From: Octopus vulgaris
Lineage: Eukaryota
Direction of reading: 5' to 3'
Length of the DNA: 64,000 nucleotides
Assembly (NCBI GenBank): GCA_951406725.2
Contig: OX597827.1
Coordinates: 72,416,001 to 72,480,000, forward strand
Shown here: positions 26,938 to 38,968 of the stretch, piece by piece
Numbering within the stretch: the first letter of the stretch is position 1
Layout: every line of letters starts with the position of its first letter
Made by a program: the position numbers and the translations under genes
Notes under the pieces: model-generated
Databases searched by the model: none
What the model was told of the DNA's origin: nothing
The model's input: the letters and a program-made list of their open reading frames with translations, nothing else

Positions 26938-27519
26938 GTATATATATGTGTGTATATATATACACACACATATATATAACACACACACACACACACACAC
27001 TCACATATATGGTCTTCTTTCAGTTTCCATCTACCAAATCACTCAATAAAGACTGGTCAACTTGACTTACAGCAGAAGACAGTTGCCCAAGGTGCCACAC
27101 AGTGGGACTGAACCCAAAACCATGAAGATGCGAAGCTTGTTTCTCCACTGCACAGCCACGAAATCTATAAAACCCCAGGCAGAAAATTAAACCTTCACAT
27201 GTTGTCGGTGTCATGGCCGACTGCATGTCAGCAAAGCGTGTCATGTTGAAACATGTCTTGTGAATGTATTCTTGTTAATCTGTCATCCAATATGGTCAAT
27301 ATTGTTTTGTGACATTCGTAGGGCAGCATATGGATTGGAGTTTAGTGTGGTGGCTATTCGATTACATACACATGCACACACACACACACACACACATACA
27401 AATACACACACACATACACATACACACACTCACATATATGTATATGTGTTTGTGTCTGTATATATATGCATATATATATGTATGTCTATATATATACATG
27501 TGTATATACGTACACACAC

Positions 27520-27564
<45 letters not shown>

Positions 27565-27628
27565 TGCATTCATATATATATATGCATACATACATTCATA
27601 TATATATAGATATATATGCATACATACA

Positions 27629-27687
<59 letters not shown>

Positions 27688-27754
27688 CAAAATCAGATAA
27701 CAAAGCCAAGGCTGTGACAAGTTTTCAGGACATTTATAAGGAAAGAGATATATA

Positions 27755-27802
27755 GTCTTACAGTTGTTTCTGGGATATTATGGATATTCCTTCATCAGAA
27801 AC
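27755..27802 (-). ncRNA. Minimal type I hammerhead-like motif
   Basis: Minus strand GTTT CTGATGA aGGAATAT ccata ATATCCCa GAAA CAACTG TA AGAC, with an A.A mismatch at the base of stem II. Confidence 0.6.
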
Positions 27803-28299
27803 AATGTGAGATGGTTAAATAGAGCACTATTGAATTAAGAATTTAACTATGGTCTGTCCATAGCACTTATGTAGCATTACCTGCCACTCTTTGAATCTTT
27901 TACATACCAATACCCTTTATATCATCATCGTCATCATCGTCATCATCATCTTCGTTTAACGTCCGTTTTCCATGCTATCATGGGTTGGACGGTTTGACCA
28001 GGGTCTGGGAAGCCAAGAGGCTGCACCAGGCTCCAGTCTGATCTGGCAGTGTTTCTACAGCTGGATGCCCTTCCTAATGCCAACCACTCTGTGAGTGTAG
28101 TGGGTGCTTTTTACATTCCACCAGCACAGGTGCCAAGTGAGGCTGACAACGGCCACAATCGGTTGGTGCTTTTTATGTGCCACCAGCACGGAAGCCAGTC
28201 AAGGCGGCACTGGCATCGGCATGTTCAGATGGTGCTTTTTACGTGCCAACGGCACAGATATCACAACAACAATTTCCATTTTATTTTTTGATGTTGATG

Positions 28300-28363
<64 letters not shown>

Positions 28364-28469
28364 TGGATATGTTTGACCAGAGATTGGCCTAGGCTATGTC
28401 TACCTTAATAGCACCACCTGATAGGATTTGCTAAATCCTTTTTAAGTGGTATCATTTTGTGGTATCATG

Positions 28470-29105
28470 GTCCATTCGAGTAAGGAGTTCTTGTTGAGTG
28501 AGTTGTATCCAGGAATAGGTGGCTTATCCGTTATTCCTTGAAGATATTTGTCCAGATTCCATTTAAAGGTAATGGGATCTTTTTCCACTTTTATCTGTTT
28601 TGGGACAATGTTAAATAGGGCAGGGCCTATTGAGGAAAAGAAATTGTGTTGCAGTTTACGTATGTGTTGTGATCCTGAATTGGGCAGGGGTCATGTAGCC
28701 TGTGGCCCTAGCCTTGGATGAATTCTGAAACTAATATTGAAGTCATTTGGGCAATGCTGGTGGTATATTGTCCACATTGTGCAGATAATGTATTGCTCAT
28801 GGTGACACTGGAGAGAATAGAGTTTCAATGCTTCAAGGTGGTCCCAATAATTGAGATCAGTCATGTCCTTAATACTTTTAGTGAATGCTCTCTGGGGTGA
28901 TTCAGTATTCAAAATGTTTTGTTTTGTATGGGGAGACCACAGGAGGCAGCAGTATTCGAGGTGTGGCTGTACAAAGGAGGAGAAAAGAGGAATGATGACA
29001 TCCTTGTTCTCTGGACCAGAAGGTTCTTAGGATCCAGGAGCTCATCCTATGAGCTATATTGATTTTATTGCTGATGTGGGCAGGCCAGCTGAGACTGTTG
29101 TCAAC
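28470..29105 (-). mobile_element. Decayed CR1/Jockey-group LINE ORF2 C-terminal fragment
   Basis: FVQPHLEYCCLLWSP, PQRAFTKSIKDMTDLNYWDHLEALKLYSLQ and LFNIVPKQIK...FKWNLDKYL motifs, with frameshifts. Confidence 0.85.
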
Positions 29106-29306
29106 AATTACAAATATATGTGCGTGTATAATTAATAATTTTAAATTTTTAACTTTAAATAATTTATATTTTGAATTTTATATTTTATATATTTTGTATA
29201 TTATATTATATTAATTAATTTTATTTCTATGTTTTGGTTTATGTTTTTCACTGTTTGATTTGCCTAATAGTGGTTTTATCTCTAATTTAATTTATATATA
29301 TATATA

Positions 29307-29716
29307 GGCGCAGGAGTGGCTGTGTGGTAAGTAGCTTGCTAACCAACCACATGGTTCCGGGTTCAGTCCCACTGCGTGGCATCTTGGGCAAGTGTCTTCT
29401 GCTGTAGCCCCGGGCCGACCAATGCCTTGTGAGTGGATTTGGTAGACGGAAACTGAAAGAAGCCTGTCGTATATATGTATCTATATATAAGTGTGTGTGT
29501 ATATGTCTGTGTGTCTGTGTTTGTCCCCTTAGCATTGCTTGACAACCGATGCTGGTGTGTTTACGTCCCCGTCACTTAGCGGTTCGGCAAAAGAGACCGA
29601 TAGAATAAGTACTGGGCTTACAAAGAATAAGTCCCGGGGTCGATTTGCTCGACTAAAGGCGGTGCTCCAGCATGGCCGCAGTCAAATGACTGAAACAAGT
29701 AAAACAGTAAAAGAGT
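29307..29716 (+). mobile_element. SINE family A copy
   Basis: Full-length match. Confidence 0.9.
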
Positions 29717-31355
29717 ATATCGATAGATAGATAGATAGAGAGTGAGAGAGAGCAATAAGAAAATGGAGGATGGAGGGGATCAATAGGTGGTATTCATCAA
29801 CTTTTAGACATTATATTATGTCAATTTATTTATTTATTTACTAAAAGGACAATTATAACAATATACATACATGTCTAATATATTATGCTTTATATATATA
29901 ACATATAAAATATAAAAATATCAGTAATTATTAAAATATATAACATATAGCAATAGAAATTGGGAAAATATCTTACAGCTGTTTCGGCCAAGAGGTAATA
30001 ATATCTCATTCTACTTTAGGAAGGGCATCCAGCTGTAGAAACATTGCCTGATCAGATTGGAGCCTGGTGCAGTCGCTGGCTTTCCAGACCTCAGTCAAAC
30101 CGTCCAACCCATGCCAGCATGGAAAACAGATGTTAAATGATGATGATGATACATTACTGTGGGCAAGGCTGCGTGGCGCTTGATTATAAATAAATATATA
30201 TAAAATACATCCTATTTTATATATCATCATCATCATCATCATCATCGTTTAACGTCCGTTTTCCATGCTGGCATGGGTTGGACGGTCTGACTGAGGTCTG
30301 GAAAGCCAGCAGCTGCACCAGGCCCCAATCTGATCTGGCAATGTTTCTACAGCTGGATGTCCTTCCTAAAGTAGAATGAGGTATTATTACCTCTTGGCTG
30401 AACCAATCCTATGACTGGCACCCGGCAGATGCCAGGACCCCTGGACTGGTGGTACGTAAAAAGCACTATCCGAATCGTGGCCGATGCCAGCGCCGCCTCG
30501 ACTGGCTTCTGTGCCGGTGGCATGTAAAAAGCACCATCCGAATCGTGGTCGAAGCCAGTGCCGCCTCGATTGGCTTCCGTGCCGGTGGCATGTAAAATGC
30601 ACCAATCTGACCGTGGCCGATGCCAGCCTCGCCTGGCACCTGTGCAGGTGGCACGTAAAAAGCACCCACTACACTCACGGAGTGGTTGGCGTTAGGAAGG
30701 GCATCCAGCTGTAGAAACATTGCCAGATAAGACTGGAGCCTGGTGCAGCCTTCTGGCATCCCAGATCCCTGGTCGAACCGTCCAACCCATGCTAGCATGG
30801 AAAATGGACGTTAAACGATGGTGATGATGATGATGATGATATATAAAATACATGAAGTACAGGACATCACCAACAAGTGAAAATTACGTAAACACATGAA
30901 TGATACGTACAGGACAAATTTCCAAAAAATATACAAAAAGAACAAGACATCTCCAACGAGGGAAAAATACGTAAACACATAAGAGACAAGTACAGGAGAA
31001 ATTACCAAAAGAGGTGAAACCTATCCTCAGTTATCAACTGTTAATTATAACCTATTTTGAACTTTCAATGACAATATCGGAAAACTTAATAAACTGCAGC
31101 TTCGAGAAATTAAAAAAATATAAAATTTCTGGAGAGTTTGAACTTGGAACGAACAGACAACAACAGAGATATGTATGTATATATCTCCAATATTGTCTAA
31201 CCCATACCAGCATGGATAGCGGACGTTAAATGATGAGGATGATAGAATCAACAGAAAAAGTACTTCATCCAGTGAGAGATAAATATCAACTTAATACACA
31301 TACTGAAAGATCTACTATTAGTTTCATGCTTTTATGATACTGTATATGAATAGAT

Positions 31356-31747
31356 GTGGAGGCGAAATGGCCCAGTGGTTAGGGCAGCGGACTCACGGTC
31401 ATAGGATCATGGTTTCGATTCCCAGACCGGGCGTTGTGAGTGTTTATTGAGCGAAAACACCTAAAGGCTCTACGAGGCTCTGGCAGGGGAATGGTGGTGA
31501 TCCCTGCTGTATTCTTTCACCACAACTTTCTCTCACTCTTACTTCCTGTTTCTGTTGTACGTGTATTTCAAGGGGCTGGCCTTGTCACTCTGTGTCACGC
31601 TGAATATCCCCGAGAACTACGTTAAGGGTGCACGTGTCTGTGGAGTGCTCAGCCACTTACACGTTAATTTCACGAGCAGGCTGATCCGTTGATTCGGATC
31701 AACCGGAACCCTCATCGTCGTAACCGACAGAGTGCTTCTATCCATCC
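31356..31747 (+). mobile_element. tRNA-derived SINE family C with 12-bp TSD
   Basis: A box TGGCCCAGTGG, B box GTTTCGATTCC, TSD atatgaatagat at 31344-55 and 31748-59. Related heads at 32013-32330, 49090-49330, 56550-56890 and 50460-50570 (-). Confidence 0.85.
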
Positions 31748-32594
31748 ATATGAATAGATTTATTTATAAAATATGCGATGTATTTCCAAGCAATATTTCA
31801 GGCTCTGTTTATGTGTTAGATTTATTCTAAAAACCAGGATGCTGGAAAATAAGAAAATATGAGAAGGAAAATGAAAAGACATTTGATGCAGAAAATGGAA
31901 CGAAAAGAAAGAAATGAAGGCAAGAAGACAAACATCCCTGTCCTTCCTGATTGCAGAAACCACAGTGAATGCAGCTGGTATAAAACAAAATAACAGAAGA
32001 TACATCAAAATTCGTGGAGGCATATGGCCTAGTGGTTAGAGCAGCGGATTCACAGTCGAGGGATCGCGGGTTCGAGTCTCAGACCGCGCAATACATGTGT
32101 TAATGAGCGAAACACCTAAGCTCCACGTGGCTCCGGCAGGAGGTAATGGCGAACTTCTGCTGACTCTTTCGCCACAACTTTCTCTCACTCTTTCCTCCTG
32201 CATCTTGCAGCTCACCTGTGACGGACCAGCATCCCATCCAGGTGGGGAACCTATATGCCAAGAAAACCGGGAAACCGGCCCTTATGAGCCAGGCATGGCT
32301 TGAGAAAGAACAAACAAAAAAACAACAAAGAAAATTCCATTTTCTACATCAAACTTCTTTGTGTTTTTCTTGATATTTTTTCTTATTTTCCCACTGTCCA
32401 GCATTGTGGTTTTTAAAAAGTATCTATTGCATAAACAGAGCCCGCAAGATTGCTTGCAGATACATGATGCATTTTATAAATATGCCTAGTTAACCCTTCC
32501 ATTACTGTATTTATTTTGAGTGCTCTGTTTCTTTCAATTACTTTAAATATAATAAAGAATTTAGCAAAATAACTTTATATATATATATATATAT

Positions 32595-32794
32595 ACCAGA
32601 GTAAACACATAAATGTGAAACAAGGTGGAAAAAAGAGTACTCAAAAACCAAAGGTAGAGTAATATGCTTTATTTAAAAGCAGAAGAAATTCAACAAAACC
32701 TGTTACTCGAACAGTTTCGTTAAACTGTTCGACAAACGGGAACGTGAAACTCCGAGTAACAGGTTTTGTTGAATTTCTGCTGCTTTTAAATAAA

Positions 32795-32795
<1 letters not shown>
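32595..32795 (+). mobile_element. Fold-back element with degenerate hammerhead
   Basis: About 44-bp inverted arms (ctttatttaaaagcag...gttactcg / cgagtaac...ttttaaataaag) and (TA)n on both sides. Confidence 0.55.
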
Positions 32796-32880
<85 letters not shown>

Positions 32881-32949
32881 GGAGGGATAGATAGATAGAT
32901 AGATAGACAGACAGGCCAGACTGACAGACAGACAGACAGAAAGACAGAC

Positions 32950-32982
<33 letters not shown>

Positions 32983-33270
32983 CACATTGCTAAAACATGT
33001 TGAAGGAGCCAAAACAAAAACTGAAAAAAACATTCTGAAGGTAGTCCCCTACTGTACTTGTTCTGTACCATGTTACTGACACTCCATTGTCACTCTTGCC
33101 ACTAAATAGGCAATGAACCAGGAAGCATGTAACCGTTAGTGCTCTTGTCCACTAACTGAAATGAAAAATTACAAAATATATCTATATATATAGCTATCTA
33201 TCTCTTTACTCTTTTACTCTTTTACTTGTTTCAGTCATTGGACTGCGGCCATGCTGGAGCACTGCCTTTA

Positions 33271-33344
<74 letters not shown>

Positions 33345-34334
33345 ATATATATATATATACATATATATAAACTTTTTTGCTAATCAGTTGCCATGCTTGA
33401 CTGCTAAATCCACAAGTTGCTTTTTATTCTCTCTCTGTTTATTTTCTCTTATTCCTTTCTGTTGAAGAGCATAGGCTCGAAATGTAAAAGACTTTTTCAC
33501 TTTCTCAAGTGACAAACTAATACACCTGATTGTCGTTCTTACCCCTGTCTACGTCTTTTCTTTATCTATAAATTTCAACCATATATATACTTTATAATTA
33601 GGGTTCAGCAAAGATTTGCTTTACCACATACCGAAGTTTAGAAATAGCAGCCAAAAAAACCTTAGTCATTTCTTCTACGTTAAAAAGGGACTCCCAGAAA
33701 AACCAAAATACTTGAAAACAATCCACGTGGGCAAAGAGGAAAAATAACGAAAATCAATAAATAAGTTTACCGTGAAATGGTCCTTTTTCATGCCGAATTC
33801 TACTTGGTGAAATTATTGATTACTTCTTAATTAATTAATTTTACCCTTTGTTATTATATATATATATATATATATATATAAGTTCAGTAAAATTTAGATT
33901 CAGTTGAATCAGGCACCAGAATTTAGTATGGTATTATCCATATAATTCAAAATGGGTTGATTATAATCAAAATAAGCAACAAGAATATCTAGAGGTAATG
34001 CATTACCTCTGGATATCCTTGTTGCTTTTTTTGATGATATATATATATATCCCTACCAAGAATTCACGACCTCGAACCCACAAGTGTAAACAAGAGAGAC
34101 AGAGAAAGGCAGAAACAAGGAAAATGCCACTTATATTTGAACACTATACAAATATTCTTTTAAAAAAAATTTTTCTTTTAATTTTTCTAAATTTAATTAT
34201 TTAATTGTTACAGTTGAAAAGGTCTCAAATGACTGAAACCGGTACTGAAATGTTCTTTATAAAATTATTTTAGCATTTTCTATCTTGACTTATTTTTTCA
34301 TATTTATCAACTCGTGTGTTCCTTTTCATCCTTA

Positions 34335-34375
<41 letters not shown>

Positions 34376-34382
<7 letters not shown>

Positions 34383-34815
34383 ACAAGATAAGGGCAGAAG
34401 AAAAAATTCTAATGCCAGATACGCCGAAACAAAAAATTGTCGATAACCATTAAATTTATGCGTCTCGAAACAAATGGTGCTTGCTTCTTCCGTGGGTATG
34501 AATAAGTATTTCATTTATATCTCGCGTATGTGCCGCTGAAGAGGGGAAAATTTCTTGTGAATTAACCCCGAAATTGAACCAATACGGTAATAACGAATTT
34601 TTTAGAGATTTCTATCGGTTTGTTTCGAGACGCATAAATTTAATGGTTATCGACAATTTTTTGTTTCGGCGTATCTGGCATTAGAATTTTTTCTTCTGCC
34701 CTTGTAAACCTTTTTCTTCTATCTTGTAAATTATGTATAAATTTTACCTTTAAAGGCATTTTTTGATATGCTGGCCATTGATAAAATTTTTTTCCCCGAA
34801 AAAATTTCTATCCTA
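34376..34815 (+). mobile_element. Non-coding fold-back element (Penelope-like pLTR architecture) between (TA)n tracts
   Basis: Perfect 85-bp inverted arms at 34390-34474 and 34619-34703 enclose the hammerhead. The 3' extension resembles that of element 24261-24500. Confidence 0.65.
34531..34589 (+). ncRNA. Type I hammerhead ribozyme motif (canonical core)
   Basis: Stem I TGCCG/CGGTA; CTGAAGA at 34536-42; stem II GGGG/CCCC; GAAA at 34570-73; stem III ATTG-aac-CAAT; AUA cleavage triplet ending at 34584. Confidence 0.8.
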
Positions 34816-34819
34816 TATC

Positions 34820-34871
<52 letters not shown>

Positions 34872-35189
34872 GCCCATAGATATAACAAACATGAAATTAT
34901 ATAACACACTCATCTTATATAATGTTTCCACTGTTGTCTTGTCTACACTTGTTCTAATGATTTATTCAAAGGTTTTGAAGTGTTATGGGGGTTTAAATTG
35001 TTTACGAAAGAAACATTATATTAATAGTTGAACATTTGCTGTTTGCATCAAAGGTGAGAAAAATCAATGCTTACTTTTTATGCACATTCAATTACCTGGT
35101 AATTGTTCCCGCCTTATATATATTTATTATTATCAATTATAAACGAGCAGGAATATGCATTTTCTGAGCAATTCTAACTCTTTCTCCCT

Positions 35190-35414
35190 ACTCTTTTACT
35201 CTTTTACTTGTTTCAGTCATTTGACTGCGGCCATGCTGGAGCACCGCCTTTAGTCGAGGAAATCGTCCCCTCAGGACTTATTCTTTGTAAGCCTAGTACT
35301 TATTCTATCTGTCTCTTTTGCCGAACTGCTAAGTTACAGGGACGTAAAAAGACACCAGTATCGGTTGTCAAGCAATGTTGGGGGTACAAACACAGACACA
35401 CAAACACACACACG

Positions 35415-35457
<43 letters not shown>

Positions 35458-35615
35458 AGCTTCTTTCAGTTTCCGTCTACTAAATCCACTCACAAGTCTT
35501 TGGTCGGTCTGAGGCTATAGTAGAAGACACTTGCCCAAGGTGCCCCGCAGTGGGACTGAACCCGGAACCATGTGGTTGGTAAGCAAGCTACTTACCACAC
35601 AGCCACTCCTGCGCC
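35190..35615 (-). mobile_element. SINE family A copy
   Basis: Full-length reverse match. Confidence 0.9.
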
Positions 35616-35876
35616 TAACTGTTATGATAATTTATCCTGCCAATAGCACCCCACCCTAATCTGCCCTTATCACCATAAACTATGGACACACATATGCACA
35701 CACACACACACACACACACATGCACGCGCACACTCACATTGGGTCACTCTTGAGTGCTATAGGTAACATGTAACTCAGTACAGCCTGTTGCGTGGTTGGG
35801 CTGTCAGCAACATTAAACTGGAAACTCCATCAAGTCACTTGGTGATGAGGGTGAATTTTGGACATCCTGCAAGATA

Positions 35877-35948
<72 letters not shown>

Positions 35949-36758
35949 ACACATACACACATATATATTTATATTACATATCATATATATATTATATATA
36001 CATATGTAATATACACAGACATTATATATGAAAGAATGAAAAAATATATATATTCCCCCTCCTCCTCCTCCTCCTCCTCACCACCACCACCACCACCACC
36101 ACAACCACCATCACAACCACCACCACCACAACCACCACCACCACCACCACCATCATCATCATCATGGCATGGGTTGGCATGCCAGAAGGCTGCACCAGGT
36201 GTCACTGTCTGTTTTGGCATGGCTTTTAACAGCTGGGTGTCCTTCCTAATGCCAACCACCTTACAGAGTAGACAGACCATTTTATGTGGCACCAGCTCTG
36301 GTAAGGTCTGTTTTAGCATGCTTTCTACAGCTGGATGCCCTTCAAAATGCCATCCACTTTACAGTGTGGACTGGATGCTTTTTTTATAGGGAGAGAATTC
36401 ACAAAAAAAAAAACCAACAAAAGACGAAGACAGGTGGTGTAGACGACAAACAGATGCATAAGTATAATGCTCAGGAAGTGAAAAAGTCTTTAATGTTTTG
36501 AGCCAACGCTCTTCCACAGAAAGGAACACAGAAAGAAACAAGGAGAGAAAATAAAGAATGTGTAGTGGCTAGCGATCTATCATGGTGATATATATATATA
36601 TATATAAATATATAAATCTGTCTAGCTATCTATCTATCTGTCTGTCCATCTAACTATCAATCTGTCTATATCTATATATATATATATCTATATGTATATA
36701 TATGTATATGCATATATATATATATATATATATAGATAGATATATATATATCTATATC

Positions 36759-36789
<31 letters not shown>

Positions 36790-36807
36790 CTATGTATACA
36801 TATATGT

Positions 36808-36863
<56 letters not shown>

Positions 36864-36871
36864 GTATATAC

Positions 36872-36934
<63 letters not shown>

Positions 36935-36947
36935 ATAAATTCCTATG

Positions 36948-36986
36948 TTGTAACTTGAGTTTCACTCCTCAGTGATCATCAGGCAA
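36948..36986 (-). ncRNA. Minimal hammerhead-like motif
   Basis: Minus strand TTGC CTGATGA tc ACT gagg AGT GAAA CTCAAG TT ACAA, starting about 20 nt from a (TA)n tract. Confidence 0.45.
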
Positions 36987-37360
36987 GAACTGCTTCTATA
37001 CAAAATTTCTATTCTTTCTCATCCAATGGTGGAAATATATTTTGTTTAAGTCTCCTGTTTCTTGTAGCTGGTCTCTTTTGTTTCTCAAGTATAAATGTTT
37101 TCTTTTTATTAAGATGTTGTTTGTGGCTTTTTGTTTCATAGTTTGTTTGGGACAATTACGTGCTGTTTTGACATCAAACATTTTTTCTATCCCTTCGGTT
37201 CATTAACCACATTTCCTGTTTCATGAAATTTGATTGTTTCTATAACAAAATAGTACAGCAGAGACCAAACAATAAGATCAAAGGAATAAATAGCCACATT
37301 TATGAATACAAAGGAATAGAATTACTTATTAATAGCAGTTGATGAATCCCTTACACATAC

Positions 37361-37389
<29 letters not shown>

Positions 37390-37391
<2 letters not shown>

Positions 37392-37618
37392 CTCTTTACT
37401 CTCTCTTTTACTCTTTTACTTGTTTCAGTCATTTGACTGCAGCCATGCTGGAGCACCGCCTTTAGTCGAGCAAATCAACCCCGGGACTTATTCTTTGTAA
37501 GCTCAGTACTTATTCTATCGGTCTCTTTTGCCAAACCGCTAGGTGACGGGGACGTAAACACACCAGCATCGGTTGTCAAGCAATATATATAGGGGGACAA
37601 ACACAGACACACAAACAA

Positions 37619-37658
<40 letters not shown>

Positions 37659-37826
37659 AGATATACGACAGGCTTCTTTCAGTTTCCGTCTACCAAATCC
37701 ACTCACAAGGCATTGGTCGGCCCGGGGCTATAGCAGAAGACACTTGCACAAGATGCCACGCAGTGGGACTGAACCCGGAACCATGTGGTTGGTTAGCAAG
37801 CTACTTACCACACACCCACTCTTGCG

Positions 37827-37830
<4 letters not shown>
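37390..37830 (-). mobile_element. SINE family A copy
   Basis: Full-length reverse match. Confidence 0.9.
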
Positions 37831-37870
<40 letters not shown>

Positions 37871-37966
37871 CATATATACATATACATATATATAAAGACA
37901 TATATGTATATATATGTATATATATATATGTATATATATATCTATATCTATATCTATATCCAAATT

Positions 37967-37997
<31 letters not shown>

Positions 37998-38119
37998 TAT
38001 TCTTTTATTCTTTTACTTCCTTCAGTAATTTGACTGCGGCCATGCTGGAGTACTACCTTTTAGTCGAGCAAATTGACCCCAGGACTTATTCTTTGAAAGC
38101 CTAGTACTTATTCTATCGG

Positions 38120-38413
38120 TCTTCCAGAGTATTCGATCAGTTCCAAGCAGTGCTGTTTTCTGAAAGTGTTCCACCCTTATTGCAGTCCCTATTTGTTCCA
38201 CGTGCTTCTCGAGATTTTTGCTCACTGTACCCAGAGCTCTGACAATTATTGGTACTACTGCTACCTTTTTCATCGACCACAACTGCTTAACTTCCCAAGC
38301 TAACCTGTCATATCTCTCAACTTCTCTTTCTTCTTTATTGCATACCTTGTTGTCATGCTATATCTATGATCCAGTATCGTTTGTTTTCTTTCTCAATTTA
38401 GACTATGCCTGGC

Positions 38414-38415
<2 letters not shown>
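38120..38415 (-). mobile_element. R4/Dong-type LINE restriction-like endonuclease C-terminal fragment
   Basis: KPGIV.IEKENKRYWIIDIA ... ERYDRLAWEVKQLWSMKKVAVVPIIVRALGTV...QKTALLGTDRIL. Confidence 0.8.
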
Positions 38416-38456
<41 letters not shown>

Positions 38457-38457
<1 letters not shown>

Positions 38458-38904
38458 GTTTTTTTTCCTTCTTTCTTCAAATTTTCTTCCGTTTCTCGCC
38501 GAGTGTTTTCCATACACCTAGGGCATAGAAGGGCATTGTATGCATTCCCAGATTACATGCGCAAATTTACAGATAAAATATGTATTTAAAAATTAATAAA
38601 TAAATAAATTCATGGATGGATGTTATTTTCACAGCGATAGTGTTCTTCTCAGTACATGAGCCGTTACAGTTAACACGATTTTTTCTGTAGGGATGGTAAG
38701 CCTGGAATCATTTTCAAATAGGTTTCAGTACCTTTTTTTTATCATTCCAAGAGATCCTACAATCACTGGTACTGTAGTCGCCTTGAAATGCCACATTTTT
38801 TTCAATTTCTATTAGCAGGTCTTTATATTTACTAATCTTGTCAAATTCTTCTTTCGCCGCTATATTGTGATCACAGGGAATACTCATGTCAATTAATAAA
38901 CATG
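38457..38904 (-). mobile_element. Second R4/Dong-type LINE 3' end, flanked by (TAA)n on both sides
   Basis: TCLLIDMSIPCDHNIAAKEEFDKISKYKDLLIEIEK.WHFKATTVPVIVGSLGMI...VLRRTLSL* plus a 3' UTR. Confidence 0.8.

Positions 38905-38968
<64 letters not shown>

Noticed and set aside
31356-31430. Possible tRNA genes at SINE heads (also 32013, 49090, 56550)
   Set aside because: A/B boxes are present, but there is no intact acceptor stem and each continues into a SINE body (with a TSD at 31356).
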